DNA of 64,000 bases, from the NCBI GenBank assembly GCA_965637545.1, contig OZ281497.1, positions 10,106,001 through 10,170,000 on the forward strand, given 5' to 3'. The notes under the pieces are model-generated. The model was not told the DNA's origin and did no database searches. It saw only the letters and a program-made list of their open reading frames with translations. Shown here piece by piece: positions 1 through 14,415 of this stretch. This stretch comes from Phallusia mammillata. Taxonomy: Eukaryota. A program made the translations under genes and the position numbers. The stretch's first letter is position 1, and the number at the start of each line of letters is the position of its first letter.

Positions 1-3000
1 ATCGCTGATGGGGTAGACACGGCATGTTCGCGACGGCACCTCATTTGATTGTGACGGGTTTAGTGAAATACGACGGCCGTTTGGTGCAAAGATACTAATC
101 ATCGGGTATGGACCCCTCGCATGGTTAATTTGTCGACTAAGCGGGTTGAGAGTGGGTCTGAAATCGATACACAGTTCTTCAATTGTTTGTCTTGGCACGT
201 TGTGTGCGCCATTATCGGATTTCTGGAATTCGTTACAACAACGTGGCGTTTATGTTTTTTGGACTCCAGTAATTCTCGGCTAGAAATTTATTAGATTTAT
301 GTTTGCGTTTTACAATAATTTAACTTGTAATCATAAAAAATAAACCGCCTTGTAAAAATAGCGAAACAGTCGTTTAGTTTGACCCAATAGAGCTATAACG
401 TAATACAAATATTCAAAACGAATGTAAATCCTGAGCAAAATGATACAAGTCAGTTTTAAGTGTAAAACATCGCAACGTTTCGACAGCTCCTATTGTCATC
501 GTCAGGCTTTCATTTATTCATACGAATAATCATTACGTCAATACCAAACAATAATTTTCTCCCAAAAAAATTAAACATTTAAAATAATCATCTTAATTCC
601 CAGCACTCCAGGCGGTATTATTATGACATGTTTGGAGTTCACATATATATCAGAGATATGTTTCTGTTCTCAAGTGTCGAAGAAGGTTTCACTTTGCGGT
701 AAAGCACTCCGCGTCCATATACTTGAGAGTGCTTTCAACTACTGTCGCAGTAATCTATAATCGCTGCGCAATTTTAAACCTACACCCAAGCTAGTGTAAA
801 TAATTATAGCTATTTCGTGCCTGATAAAAGTGAAGTTTTCGTGAATATGCAAGTTTAATTTTGATATCTATCAAATTACATTAAATTTAACTACATATAT
901 AAAATAATCGCTACATTGAGTATACTGTTTTTTTTTGTTTTGTTTTTTGTTAGTTTTCATTTTACTGAGTGATTTTTCTTTTAGTGTCAAGCATTTACTT
1001 GCCTAATTGTTGATGGAGGCTTATGCTATGCCACCAACACCTTATTTAAACAAGAGATTGCTTTGTTTACGCGGCGACATAAGTGTTCCTCGTGTAACGT
1101 AAAACCCGGTTAAGACAATTTATTAATTGTGGAAACGTGACTTGAATCTTTTGATTAACATTTGGTCGTTGGGGTCAAATACGTGTTTTGAATTAGAAGT
1201 CCTGTGTGTGTATAAAACACAACGATACTTTTCCGTGTTATCTGCATCTTAAAGATCATTTGCATTAACGCACTCTGCGCACTCATCTATAATTTATTGC
1301 GGCATTCAAAACACGGAATTATTTTTAAACCATCTCCACGCAATGAGCGTCGCGCTTTATCCCAGCTTTATCACAGGCGAGGTGGGGGCGCTATTAATCC
1401 GAGCAATAATTAATAGGCGGCATCAAAAAGCAACCTGAAATCCACGACTTCCAGGACGTGACGTCATCGGTTAACTCATAGCGTTGGTGTAACGAGTCAG
1501 ACCCTTTAAAGTGACTTTGGCCACCACCGAAGCGGGTGAATAGTTTTTCAGGTCGTTGCTGACTGGGACATGGAATTGTGACGTCATAGTGTAAACAGTT
1601 GTTTCCAAGAGGGATAAGCGCGGCGCGGCGACTTGATAAGAGCTTAATGTCGTTCTTGTGACATTTATTCGTCCTGTTAAATACCGCATCGCTTCGGTGT
1701 CAAGTTATAGCAGAATTTGACCTTTGGCAGCACGTTATAACACAAAGAGTGTTACAAGGAATTAACAACATTTTGACGTCTCATTCTGTGAAGTGACATA
1801 TTTTTACAAAGTTTGTCCGACAATTTTACAAACGTAACGGCGTAGAAAAGACGGAATAACTCTGTTCCACAATTTGCCGTTGAAGTTTTTAACCCATAGC
1901 GCTTGTACAGAGTACACATACAACCTATATTATGCGTCCAATCTGCAAGTAACATTAAACCACCGCTTGTGGGTGGTAACTTACTCACAATGTATTTATA
2001 CTTCTATGTGGTGTTACTTCCGCAGTATGATGTCACTCGTCTAGCAGTGGTTTATTACTTTGACGCTGCCATCAACGTTCATGACTCGCAAACGATTTTG
2101 ACTTGTTTTTACTTTAGCCACTATCATTCACATTATCCCAGGCAGATGCAGACAAAAGCCTGGAATCGATATCGCCCACAGGAATTGAATTATTGATACA
2201 ATATGATAGTATTCCGCCAATACCAAGCCTTGACACCTAATAACAAAAAACAATCTCGGTGACTTACAGGACTCTATACCCATCATAAATCCAATTGGTA
2301 AACAAGTCTTTTTGAAATATTTTGCCCCCTTTCATATTAATCAAGGCTAAAAGTGGATCGTTAGTAGGTAAACATCTGCTATCGGGTCAAAATCGAGTAC
2401 ATACTTAAGAAAGGCAGTGGAGCGTAGTTCGCAGTGGTCTGTTTATGCGTGGGCTTTACACAATCGCCAACAAACGCACCGCCCTGAGTAAACCAAGACT
2501 AAATCGGGATCGGCGCCACCACAACTAAAAACTTCTACAATCAATTCTGGCCATGTTCTATGACGTCAATCGCAGTGCCTAACCACCAAATAGTTAATAC
2601 TAACTTGATGACTAAGGATTATAATAAATTGTCTCGAAAGCATTTAATGCGTAGCATGCCCCCAAGTGTTTCGTTTCACAGGACACTGGAATATGCAACA
2701 TTAAAATCAGTTTCAAATTTAAACACGTAAACAGTATTTTCATTTTTGACAAATATGGAACGTTGTCATTTACGGCAAATATTAAAAACAACAAACCTAG
2801 TATTAGATTGTTCAAACAGTCAATAAAACCGAAAATCGGAACAGAACATTACGCCCGACAGCAACTTTTAATTTTGATTTTTTGTTTTTTTACTTTTGAC
2901 TCAACCAACAATCGTAAACCGCTTGTCAAAACGAAATAAAAGGAACAGTTCTGAGAGGAAAAGCGCCCGTGTGCGTCTGCAAGGTTTCATCCTTATTGAC

Positions 3001-6000
3001 AAACGCATTAAGGCGCAAATTTTCGGTGTTTTGTGTAATTAGATCGCTTGACAGTCTGTTGAAATTGATACATGTTTAAAACGTTCCGATCCAAGAAACG
3101 TCATTGGTAACTGTGGGTTCTTCGCACTTATATTATATTTCATTTTGAGATCTCCTGGTTACAGTGCCTAAATAGTTGTAAAAACTTTTAACAGTTTTAA
3201 ATAGTTTGCCTATAAGGTAATTGAAAACGACAAACTTTACTGCTTAGCTTGCTGTTGACAACTATCGGTCATATATAGGCGTTAATGGTTACTTGTGCTT
3301 ATGTTAGCAACCGTAAATAATATCACAACAATGAAAGTAAAATAGGTCAAAGGGTATTATCATTGCGCCAGTTAACATGTCGTAGCATCATCCGATTACA
3401 TGGCTGTTAAATTCAGTTTCCTTCTGACAAGAGTGCTGTGTTTGTTCGCAATGTACTGGCAAGGTGATAAATGTCGATTGCCAAACAGATTAGTTGCCGA
3501 TCCGGCGCTTTGGGTGTTGATGAAGCGGCCACAATCGCAGCCTACTTGACTAAGCGGTTTTACTGCACGGTTTTGGCAGCACCGCCACTTTAATGAGTAA
3601 TTATAAATTAATTTCAATTAAATACATTTAACCCATGGTGTGTGTCAATAGGCTTTCACTGCTGACTACTTATAATATTAAACGTTAATGTAACTTAGAT
3701 GACAATTTCAGCACACTCAAATTAGTCTGTGTATTTTTTATTACAAACCACTGTGGATATCGATTTCCCACCCCAAAACATCATCATCAATCCTGAACAA
3801 GAATGAATCAAGATATAATGTTGATGTATTTAGTATAATCACGAGCAAAGGGTACCACTATAAAGTCTATGTAGTCCCGAAAAGTTATGAATACATAACT
3901 ACACGCACTGCAAAATGTGACACATATTTACCACAGAAAGTGAATTAAGACGTATAACCTAAAATATAAATAAAATACTCCTTTAAAGGGCCTTATGATT
4001 GTTAATTTTACCAACTGGCGAGTCAGAGTATTTGACTAACAATACTGTTGTACAGTATTATAGTGATGTGTTTTTCCAGTACAAGGTATAATAATTGACA
4101 AAATAGACGGAACTTGACTTTGAAACAACAAATTGCAACGTGACATGCAGTATGCGATGGATCTCTTGTGTTTAAAGCAATCTAGTCGTCGTGCATAATT
4201 TATGCTATACCTAACCTGCACCCCACACGCTGTGCAACGCGAATTTGCCATTTACGTAATACGTCCGACTGTTTGTTTTGCAGCCATTAATGACTTTTAA
4301 CAGGAACTTGAAAGATTACTTTTAACTTGCTCGCTTTTAGCTTGCTCATACCAGTTGAAGCACGATTCAGTGTAATTCGCGAAAACGCAGTAAAGAAATT
4401 TCCCGCATAAAATCATTGACCAAATGCTAAACGTTATTACCAGGCAAATTTTAATGGGCATTCGAAACGCACATCCAAACAATACCGGACAGAAAATGTC
4501 AAACTATTTTTGCGGCAAATTCTGAACGTATTTAAAACGTGCAGGCGATTTCCGTGGTCAAGGGTCCTATTTCGAGGATATATTTAGTAGCTGAATGTCA
4601 ATAAACAAATTTCCAACGAATAAAAATTAATAAAAAATGACATATTCAGATTTTAAACAACCTTTGCTTGACGCAAAATGTACGTACATATAAATGCAAC
4701 AATAAACATTTTTGACAGTGTTGTCAGTTGTTACGGTTCCCCGGGTCATACCATTTGTTCTCAGAATCCTGTAATAGCTTAAGAATCGAATGTTTCGGCA
4801 ATTTTGTGTTGTTGTGAGGCAAGTCCAGACAAATGTCAGATTATTTTACTTCAGGGTTGGTTGACCGATTGTATATTTGAGGTTTGGTCGGTATGTTACA
4901 CGATCATAGCTTAATCTATGCATGCAAATTTACGAACACACATATGATCAAAGTCTAATGCATTTATTTATGGGCAAAAAAGGAATTTTATGCAATTTGC
5001 TGTTAAATGTTAGAAAATAGTTTTTAAACTTTCAATTCGTATGATTGCTTATTGGAACCTTTCCATTACGTTTGGTGTGTTATGTGGTTCAGCATTGTCA
5101 AGCTTCCACGATCGATCTTTGTCAATAAAATGATCGATAAACATGGCTAGTGAGAAATCGTTGCTATGTAAGGAGACCACGCACTTTGGCATTTCTTTAG
5201 CCTCAGTCGCAAATAAATCAATGCGTTATGTACTGATCTCCGGTTTATGGTTTAGTAAACACACACCAGGCATGTTTCAGTTGCCCATAAATGCGCCACC
5301 ACTGCACTGAGCGTTGTAAGCACTTTTGAAAGTTATTTGGCGATTTGTCTGCCTCGTAATTCCATGTAATTTTATATCGCTCACCCTTTAAGTATTATGA
5401 GTTCTATATATGGCCAAGATTTATACGAATTCGTTAAATTAGTTTCTGGAATGAGTTTAAATTGATTAAATTAAAGCACAACTGCCAGAGAACTTGTGCA
5501 TGTAAAATATATTCTGCAGACGTTGCAACAATCGCTTTTCATTATCAGTGTAAGTTGTCAACTGTGCACGCGGAACGGGGTTTGTATAAGCAGAACGAAA
5601 ACAAGTTCCGTAAGGTATTCTGTATGCACAAATTTTCTGGCAGTCCTGTTTTGATTAAATTACTTCAAGTATAGAGTTCCTGAGTTACGAAACTAGAAAT
5701 ACCCTATTGAAATATATAAAGAAATATCTTATGAAATAGCGTTGGTAATAGGGTCAAATACATATTAGCGTTAAAACTAAACGCAATCTTCTCCAACAAT
5801 TTGCTTTGATTAAGTTTGAGAAAAGTTTAACATACAAAACTATGTATTAATGACACAGAAAATGCGACAACAAGACACCACAAGATCGCAACATTTCGTT
5901 CGTAACCCGACCCAACTCAATGTCAAAAGCTGATAAAATCGACCGCATTTCAAATTGGCTGCTGTCGCAAATACGATTAGATCAGTCAGAATCAATTTGC

Positions 6001-7829
6001 AAGATTAAGTTTCATTCGAGCTTATGTCGTAGACTTAACGCTACGAATATGGGATTTTAGTTCGGGGTTAATATCATGCGGTTTCTCCCGGATAATATTA
6101 CGTGTTACTTATTTCACATTATTAAGTGTATAGATTGCCTAACCGTTAGACAAATAGAGTCAAGTACAAAATATATATCAATTAAAGAGGTAATGCATTC
6201 ACTTAATTAATGAATTTTTGTTCGTAATCACTTTGTTTGCGCAATAAAATAAATGTATAATACTTTATGTTCAAACCTTGCAAGTATAATGTTTACAACG
6301 CGTTATATGTATTGAAAACCAATCGTTATTTATGAACCGCAAAAACAACGAATAAGGGAGTATCTTGTTTAACAAAAAAAGAACATTAATTTAATATTTA
6401 AATATAGTACGAGAAAAGAAATTTTAATAAGCTTTAATAACACACCAGGCGGTAAAACGATATTTAAATACACCACATGTTAGAAAATAGTAACAGTATA
6501 CCCACAGGGCAAGGCGCAGTGGTCGTGGAGGCGTAAATAGGATGACAGGTGCGCTGGTATGCATGTGTGTTACGTCCGCAACTGCGGTCGATAAATTGTG
6601 TCATTAATTTTCAGGACATCCTCGGTTGCTGGTTGTAAAAGTTCGCCCCCTGTCAGCAATATATTAACCGGACGTATGAAATCGTGCAGTTAGACCAAAA
6701 CAAAATTGAAGCGCCCGGAGACTTCACGCATCAAAGTCGGATGTTGGCTAATCGATTTCTATAAATAGATGCGTGTTTCGTGTTAATTTATCAAATACTT
6801 TTTTTTTAAATTAAAAAAATAAGTGGCATCAGATTTCATTTTATTTTAAATATCCATTAGTAATTTCCAAAGTCATAGTAAAACTGCACAACAATTTGTA
6901 ACATTTCGGAACATCTTGCAAAAACATGACCCGCAGAAAATATGTAATATCAAAATTTTAAAAAGTTTAGGACGAAACCACAAAATTGACAATTCATTGT
7001 TTTAATTTCAATTCAATAGCGCTTTCAAAGTGAAAAAAGTTGCACAAACGAAACTGATAACAGAAGTAGAATTTGGTAGAAATACGTAACTGTTTATTTA
7101 AAAAAATCTTTTATTGGGTCAATAACAATATGTTTAAATCTTCAAATATTTTTCCATTGTTTGAAATCAAGTGTAAATAAAGTTTCCGTTTTGCAAACTT
7201 TCTCACTGTCGTTAATTATTCAATTGGAATAAACCCAATAAACCCAGCATAAAATTTACAAAATTGCTTTCTTGGAAGTGACATTTCCAATTTAGGGAGT
7301 TTACCGGTGGTTCCACTGCCGATTTGCATTGAATAACATGGAAACGTCACTTCAGGGGATATTCGTGTTCACAAAACGTGATGAGAATAATAAAATCATC
7401 GACATCGTGTCAGTTTGCGTCCCTCTCATCCGTTTTGAAATATTCTGTTGAAATCGAATAAAGACTTCTGTTAATATCGGCTGCAGATTAATTTTTAGTT
7501 CTATAGACGCTGTGTTAATCCCAAAAATTGTCTGACTTTTTTCATAAATATTGCATGACGACGCTTGTACTTATTGCGACGTAACGTTGCAAGGAAACAA
7601 CCTAAATTATGCAGTTTTATTTTGCATAAAATCGATAATATTTTATAAAGCAACAAATGACAAACAGAACCAGTGCATAAGTTTCAAAACTATATATTGT
7701 GTAAAAATCAAAATGTTTTATTTATCTGTGTTTAAAAATGTCCAATGTTCAATTGTATAAGCCTGGTATTAAAAATTAATACGTTCTTAATGGGTTTCCG
7801 TGCAAAGCCCTTTGATAAACAACAAACAT

Positions 7830-7909
7830 GTAAAAACATTTATTGACAATAAAACTGTAAAAACATTTAAAAACAATAAAACAGTAAAAACATTTAAAAC
7901 AATAAAAAC
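7830..7909. repeat. 27-bp minisatellite, 3 copies
   Basis: Unit GTAAAAACATTTA(TTG/AAA)ACAATAAAAC(T/A) at 7830, 7857 and 7884. Confidence 0.9.
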
Positions 7910-10900
7910 CCATTTGATTGAAACTTACTTTGTGTTACATTGTGACCATTCCAATAAAAACAAATGTTTTAAAATGTATTACGTCCCTATGCAAAAGATA
8001 GTTCAATACAGTCCATCGCGCGGCAAAGGCAAACAAACGTCAAAACAGGCATTGAAATGTACAAAAACTAAAAGGACTAGTAATAAGTATGCTTACATCC
8101 TTTAATTCCTTTGCCCAAAGTGGGAGTTTATCCGGGTAATTTAAAAATTTTGGGAGGTTGCAAGCTACATTTGGTTGCTAAAATGGGTCACGGAATGAAA
8201 AAGGTTGATTTATACGAACGTTGCCTTATAAAACTAACAATCTTTGAATTTTATTGCATACTTTTTAATTACGCACGCGATGTTTGCAACAACGTGTCAA
8301 AATGAAATCAAAACCACAAGCTGTGCCAGAAGCACTAACAGGCGGTAAGCTTCGATGCCGCAGGGTTTAATTACACGCCCACGCACGTAAAGGTCAAATG
8401 GCTTTACGCAGTGTTAACTTGACGTTCTTTGCGTCAGCCGCCCCCGTAGCAATCCCGTGGGGTTTGTCTGCCGATTAATTTAGTTTTTGTGGTGTGGACC
8501 ACGCTTTTGGCTACACCCGAATCAAACCGTGACCTCATGCTGAGAAACAGATGTTTTGTACGATTAGAGCTACCTCGTACCCCTTGAGAATATGCTGAAC
8601 AGGAGTGTTGCAAAAAATTCACCTTTGTATTTGGTACATAACTGATTATATCTTGTTCCTTGTAAGGACCGCACGTATAAATGGCCCCAATTGCGATTCA
8701 TCTAGAAATAGATCAGTGACTCTAAAACTTTTTAAGCATGCGGCGCATTAATGAACTAAAATTTTCTTCTGCGGCACGCTCCCCAGTTAAGCATAACAAA
8801 AGTTGTACAAATAACGTTAATTTTCAACTTTATAGTAATGTGCAAGGAAGCTTTTTATTACCAATAACAAAAATATGAGCTTTGAAACGTTGTGATGCAC
8901 ACCAGTGTTTTGTTACAAGTCCTTAATCACGAGAGAATGTTGCACTTCAAAATCGGAAATATTTCGCGACATACTTGGAAATCTTTCACGGCATACTAAT
9001 GAGCCGCGGTACACTATTTATGAATCACTGACCTAGATTAACAAATGATGGTATTTGATGTTTAACTATCGCGGTTTGATATGTTATTGCCAAACTATCG
9101 TAAATATTTTGTCAATATTCAAGCACGATTTAGACACAGTTATGAAACGACGCCAGACGCGTAAAAACACAAATAAAGCACCTCATTATTCTGATAAGGC
9201 AAACGAACAGGTGGACATAGCCGTAGTTTTATCAAAATGTGCATTTCTAGAAATTACGATATTTTCCCCAAACACCTGCCTTTTCATATTTTGATTAGTG
9301 ACATACCGTTTAAACGTCATTTTGTGTTGAATTTTGTATGTGTTTTGTTTTGTATAGTTTTGTAATACCAATATGGAAGACAAGCAGTATATCTTTGGGC
9401 CTCGAAGACCTGGTTTCCCACCAAAAACCACAGGCGCCGAAATACCGCAAAATGACGTGAGGCGAAGCTGAAAGTGTCTTCGATCTGTTATTTCGTGCAA
9501 CTAATAAGTTTCTCAACACTGAAACTTTGTTTGGATGTCACGTATGTGGCGCTGATCAACCAAACAGATTGTCCAAGATCGTTACACCACAGATGTGAGT
9601 CCAAAGTATGAGAGAAACCATATTTTTTATTGTTTTATTGTTGTTAAGTTGCATAAAGATCGGCGAAATGATACATAACTCTGTTTAAACTAAGCTAAAA
9701 AAATACTCGACGGCGTTATAATGGCTCTAGCTGAGGACCTAAACCCGTGTAAGCATTGGCTTTAGAAGAAATGACTTAAATTTAACTAAAGTCACGACTT
9801 GACTCGAACTAGCTGTTGCTATTTTTAATAATCAATAAATTTGCCTATAATCCGATCTTTTGTCCATCAATCAAGGATCAACGATTGTGCGACTACTAGG
9901 ACGAATGGCGGATATTATTAGTCTTATTTTGTCATAATTACATGGACTTTCAAGTTGTCTCTTTAAATATTTTAAGTTGTCTCTCAGCCACCATTCTGGC
10001 TTAAGGATCGTAATCAAACAACTTGAATCAATTTTTTGACTTGGGAAAGAGGGCGTAATTATGACAGTGAAATAAGCTGGCTATGTAATGTTGTAAACAA
10101 TCATGACTGATTTATTTCTGATAAAAACTCCATGCCTTGCGGGTGTTATATTGTGTATAAAAAATAGCAAAAATAACATTTAAGGCGATAGTTTCTCCTT
10201 AATGACAAAAAAAATACTTTCACGTGAAATTGTATACAAGATACTTGAAAAGCTTTTAGGAACAACCGTTCGAAGAAAATGATGAAATTGCGTGTTGTTT
10301 TTAATGCCCACAGCCAGTGAACGGAGAGAAATGACATTAAAACAAGCTTCTACTGTCGGTTATTTGTCGCCATCTAGCGGGTAAATATTTGCCACTTTCA
10401 ATTCTATTCCAACATAAAGTTCCTATTGTTTGCTCAATTTAATTATCAAATTGACTTACATTGTCTGATAACTTGCTCCATTTTCAGCAAGAGTGGTAGT
10501 ACACCACCAAAAAAAAAGAAGTGAATTATTATTTCAGTAAGCCGAAATCGGTAAAATAGTTAAGTTGGCATCGCTTTGTCAAAGTCAAACTAAAGCTAAA
10601 GAGAAAGACGGAAACCATTTCAAAGCGTAAAATAACCAACATCGGGGTGTAGGTTAAATGTCATTTGGAAAGTGATACGCTGCTGCTTCATTTTAAAATA
10701 GCATTTGTTATGTTAAGCGAAAATACATACTCGCTAGACATATTACCCGAATAAGATCATTGCTTACATTTTTAATTTATAATTGGGTGCACCCCGGATT
10801 TGGTTTATTATTGGTACTTAAATTATAATTATCACTCAAAAACTTTACCAAAGAGACTTAGCATAGATATATGTGCACAGAAAAATAATTCAAAATTTAT

Positions 10901-13900
10901 AGCAACAAAAACAGCTTTACTGAAACCAGTTTAATGTTTTTAAGTTATCTTTGGAAAATTTTTGCTTTGTTGTCGAACAATGTCAAGTGTAAGGAATGTA
11001 CAAAGTACCAGAAAAACCGTTGTTAAATTTTATTGTATGTCAATTTTATTGTAAGGCGAAATTTAAGTCGTCGTCCAGGTTGTACGAAGAATTTACACCA
11101 TCAAAGGCCTATAAAACGTACCTGGACCTTCAAGGCATCTTTAACGTATCATACCTACAGATTGTGTCAATACACTCAAAGAGCATATTTGCTTGGACCT
11201 GGTTCCCATACTTATTGACAGAACGACTGGTTAAGTATTGACTGGACGTGATTTTCTGTGAAGCTAATTGAAGGCATAGAAATCTCCCAGACCCGTCCGC
11301 CTCTTCGGTCTGTTTTGGCTTTGATTATGAATTATTCAGCAGACTGAGAAGACACAAGAACGTAATAGTGCATTATGCAGCCAAGCGGCCAGGTCGATAT
11401 TCATTGCCGTTTGAGTGAAAGCCAGAGCTAGAATGGCAGCAGTTGCAAGGCACTGGACACCAGTCAGACAAACCACAACACAGAGCCCAATTGAGGTGCA
11501 GTTACAAAGCGAATATATGGCAGAAATCTTGCAGTCCAGATTAGGTCAAGTTCAACTGACTATTGAGATTTAAACCTAAAATGATAATACTTTTATGCTA
11601 TGATCACTATTTAGTTCGAAGTTTGCTTTCGATTCGTAGTTATGTGTCGGTAGTTGCAAGAGGAAAAAGCTGTTTCAAAGTCTCCAGGACTTATAATAAA
11701 CAAAATATGCTAAAGTTTTATTGCCACTAACAGTTTGTCGGTCAGTACTTGGAGTTCTAGGTGGCGTTTAATTTTTATGTGTTTGTTGTTTTAATAAATA
11801 TTTACTCATGTGGCAGAAGCGTTGGGCGTTTAGAAAAGCAAATATTTGACTAAAATCCTTCTTCGCATTTTTTACTCATCAGTTACTTGAGAAACTACGC
11901 ACCATTGACTGCGAGCTGCTATAATATTACCTTCATTCAATTGTTTTGTTGCACACACCAGAACTGCTCTACTAACCTGACTATGTTTGATAAAATGGCA
12001 AAGTATAAGTACTTGGTCAATCGTGTTAAGGTTTTGTAAGAGGTTGTTTGGTGTCAACGGGGTTAGGTACATGGATGCATTACATAATAACAGGTTTAAA
12101 CTAGCATCACTAGATGACCGAAAAACAGTATATTTGTTCTGGATCTACACATCACTATACATTCAAGATTAAGTTTGAATTAAGAGGCTTGTGTGTACAT
12201 TTGGGCTAAGTGATGCCGGTTTATATCAGTTGGTGCATTTCTATGAAACCTATCGTTTGCAGTATTTACCAAATTGGTTGTTTCGACTGCGGTAACGGTA
12301 ATGCCATCTGTTTCTGGCTGACAGAACAATGGATGGCTAGCTGTGTGCAGAACAATGGCACTTGAATAATTCATGACAAACCGCTGTTGGTGATTGATGG
12401 TTATTGTCCTGTTTTATTTAGGATCGAAATCATTTGTTAAAAGGGAAAGCAATATTGTTTGACCCCTATGTGGTTCTTAAAGTTGACCGTTGACACTACG
12501 TTTTTGAAACATTTACCGGCTTTGCAAACCTATACTTGATAAAACAAATTTAGATATTAGTGTGCAAACGCTTAGTGTGGTACAAATTAGCGAAGAACTC
12601 AAAAAAATCAATCACTTCCTGCACCCGGTGGCCGGTACTACGCGTACCTGAGCCAGCCCGCGGTTAACCAATCAGGCGTAGAAATGTACTTGACCCCAAT
12701 AGACCCGATAAAACAAATGTTTTTCCCTTGCGTGCATCCACCTTAGTTCCAAGCAATTAGTAAGTAGGACACTGGTCTATAATTACCTATTTCAAAAGCA
12801 TGCCGTTGTTTACTCGAGGGAGCGTTTGCAATTAGTCGATACGACATTAAAAGGATTGTATAAAGTAATGAAGTTGCCACTCAAAGGCAACGCACAATCA
12901 ATACGATTGCAACGCTTGTCAAGGAGCGTATCTGCTAGCATTCATTGTTGCAGAGAAATGATGCTGGTGTCTTTATCAGCAATCTGGTTATGGAAATCTC
13001 TTTTGTTGCACAAAATAGATTCGTGTGTGTACCATGCAGTTTCATCTATAGATAGACTTTTGCAAACCAGAATAATTGACAGGTTGTGTACTGTTATTTG
13101 GATTTGGGTTGCGTGTGATTTGATCGGGGAACACCTGAAAATCAATGACCGAAAACCACTAAACTTAACGCTAGAGAAAAGTAACCTGCACTATAGGAAA
13201 TTTGACTGGTTCAAATTACCCTGCGGACGTAGGTGCTGTATTTATCTATGAAAGACTTCTAGTTTAAATGTTAAGCTGTAATTCAATCGCCTTGTCCTCA
13301 CGCAATATATTGTATACCACACTAAGACGAATTTAAATTTGGAAAAGCCCATGATATTTAAAGTTTGGAGCAGTAGGGGCTGCAAACGTTTTCGTGTTAA
13401 AATTGTATTGTATTTTGTTCACGTGCACCTTGACGCAAACAACATAGAAACGCGTCATGGTAATGTGGCACCGAAAGCACAGGACACAAAAGAGGTATAG
13501 AAAAAAATCTAATGTAATGGTCGCAAGTGACCACACTCAAGTGACATCGCATAGGACGCCAGCAGCTTCTGTGCTAATTAAGTTGAAAAAATCAATGCAA
13601 TCGATGGTCAGGCAAAAGAACTGGTAAAAGCTTATACGATCGACTAAAAGCAGGATATCAGATGTTCTGTCAGTCTGCTAGTTAAGTTTCAGCAATGGAA
13701 GAAAGGCGAGCAGAGTGGTTAATAGTAAAGGTCAATGTGAGGTTTGTTATAGGCAGTCAGGTACCAAATATTTTCAGTAGTGGCTTTGCTTTCAAAAGAA
13801 GTTTTATTTTCCGGGTTCGGTTTGACAAGTTGGCAGTTTGGTAGTTTCAACATGTAATCAGTTGTTACTCTTAGTTATTAGTTATTACCCTTTACTTTCC

Positions 13901-14415
13901 CGCGGGGGATTGCATTGATGAGCTTCAAAAAAGAAAAATAGAGCGTATAAAATATTCAACAGCGACAGACGTTCGCTATTGCTTCCTTCATCAGCCGAAA
14001 TGTCAGTTAAGCAAGCAAACTTATCAAGCGTATACGTTTCTGTTTAACTGTAACCTTTAAATTTGCCAAAATGTACCACGCTTACTCAAACAAGATTTTA
14101 CGACTTTACAATCGTTGTCAGTTAACTGGAGAAACGCCAGGCTATGTCATAATGTCGATTGTCACTTTATAGACCAGCAATTGTTGTTCAAATCGTTCAA
14201 TTCGATAATATTAAATTAATGTTTACCACATGTGTAAATTTAACGCAGTGCATAACAGATATGCAGAACAGTTTCTGTTTGAGAATTCCTTGTAAAGTAT
14301 GTAAATATAAGTAATTGACTGTCACGTTATTTTCGGATTGAAACCTAAACGTTTACATCTTTTTTTTGCAGATTGATATTTGCACATGAATTGAGTAACA
14401 GATTAAGCGTTCAAA

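Noticed and set aside
12826-13251. 141-aa ORF
   Set aside because: No domain, no splice context, composition typical of a chance ORF.
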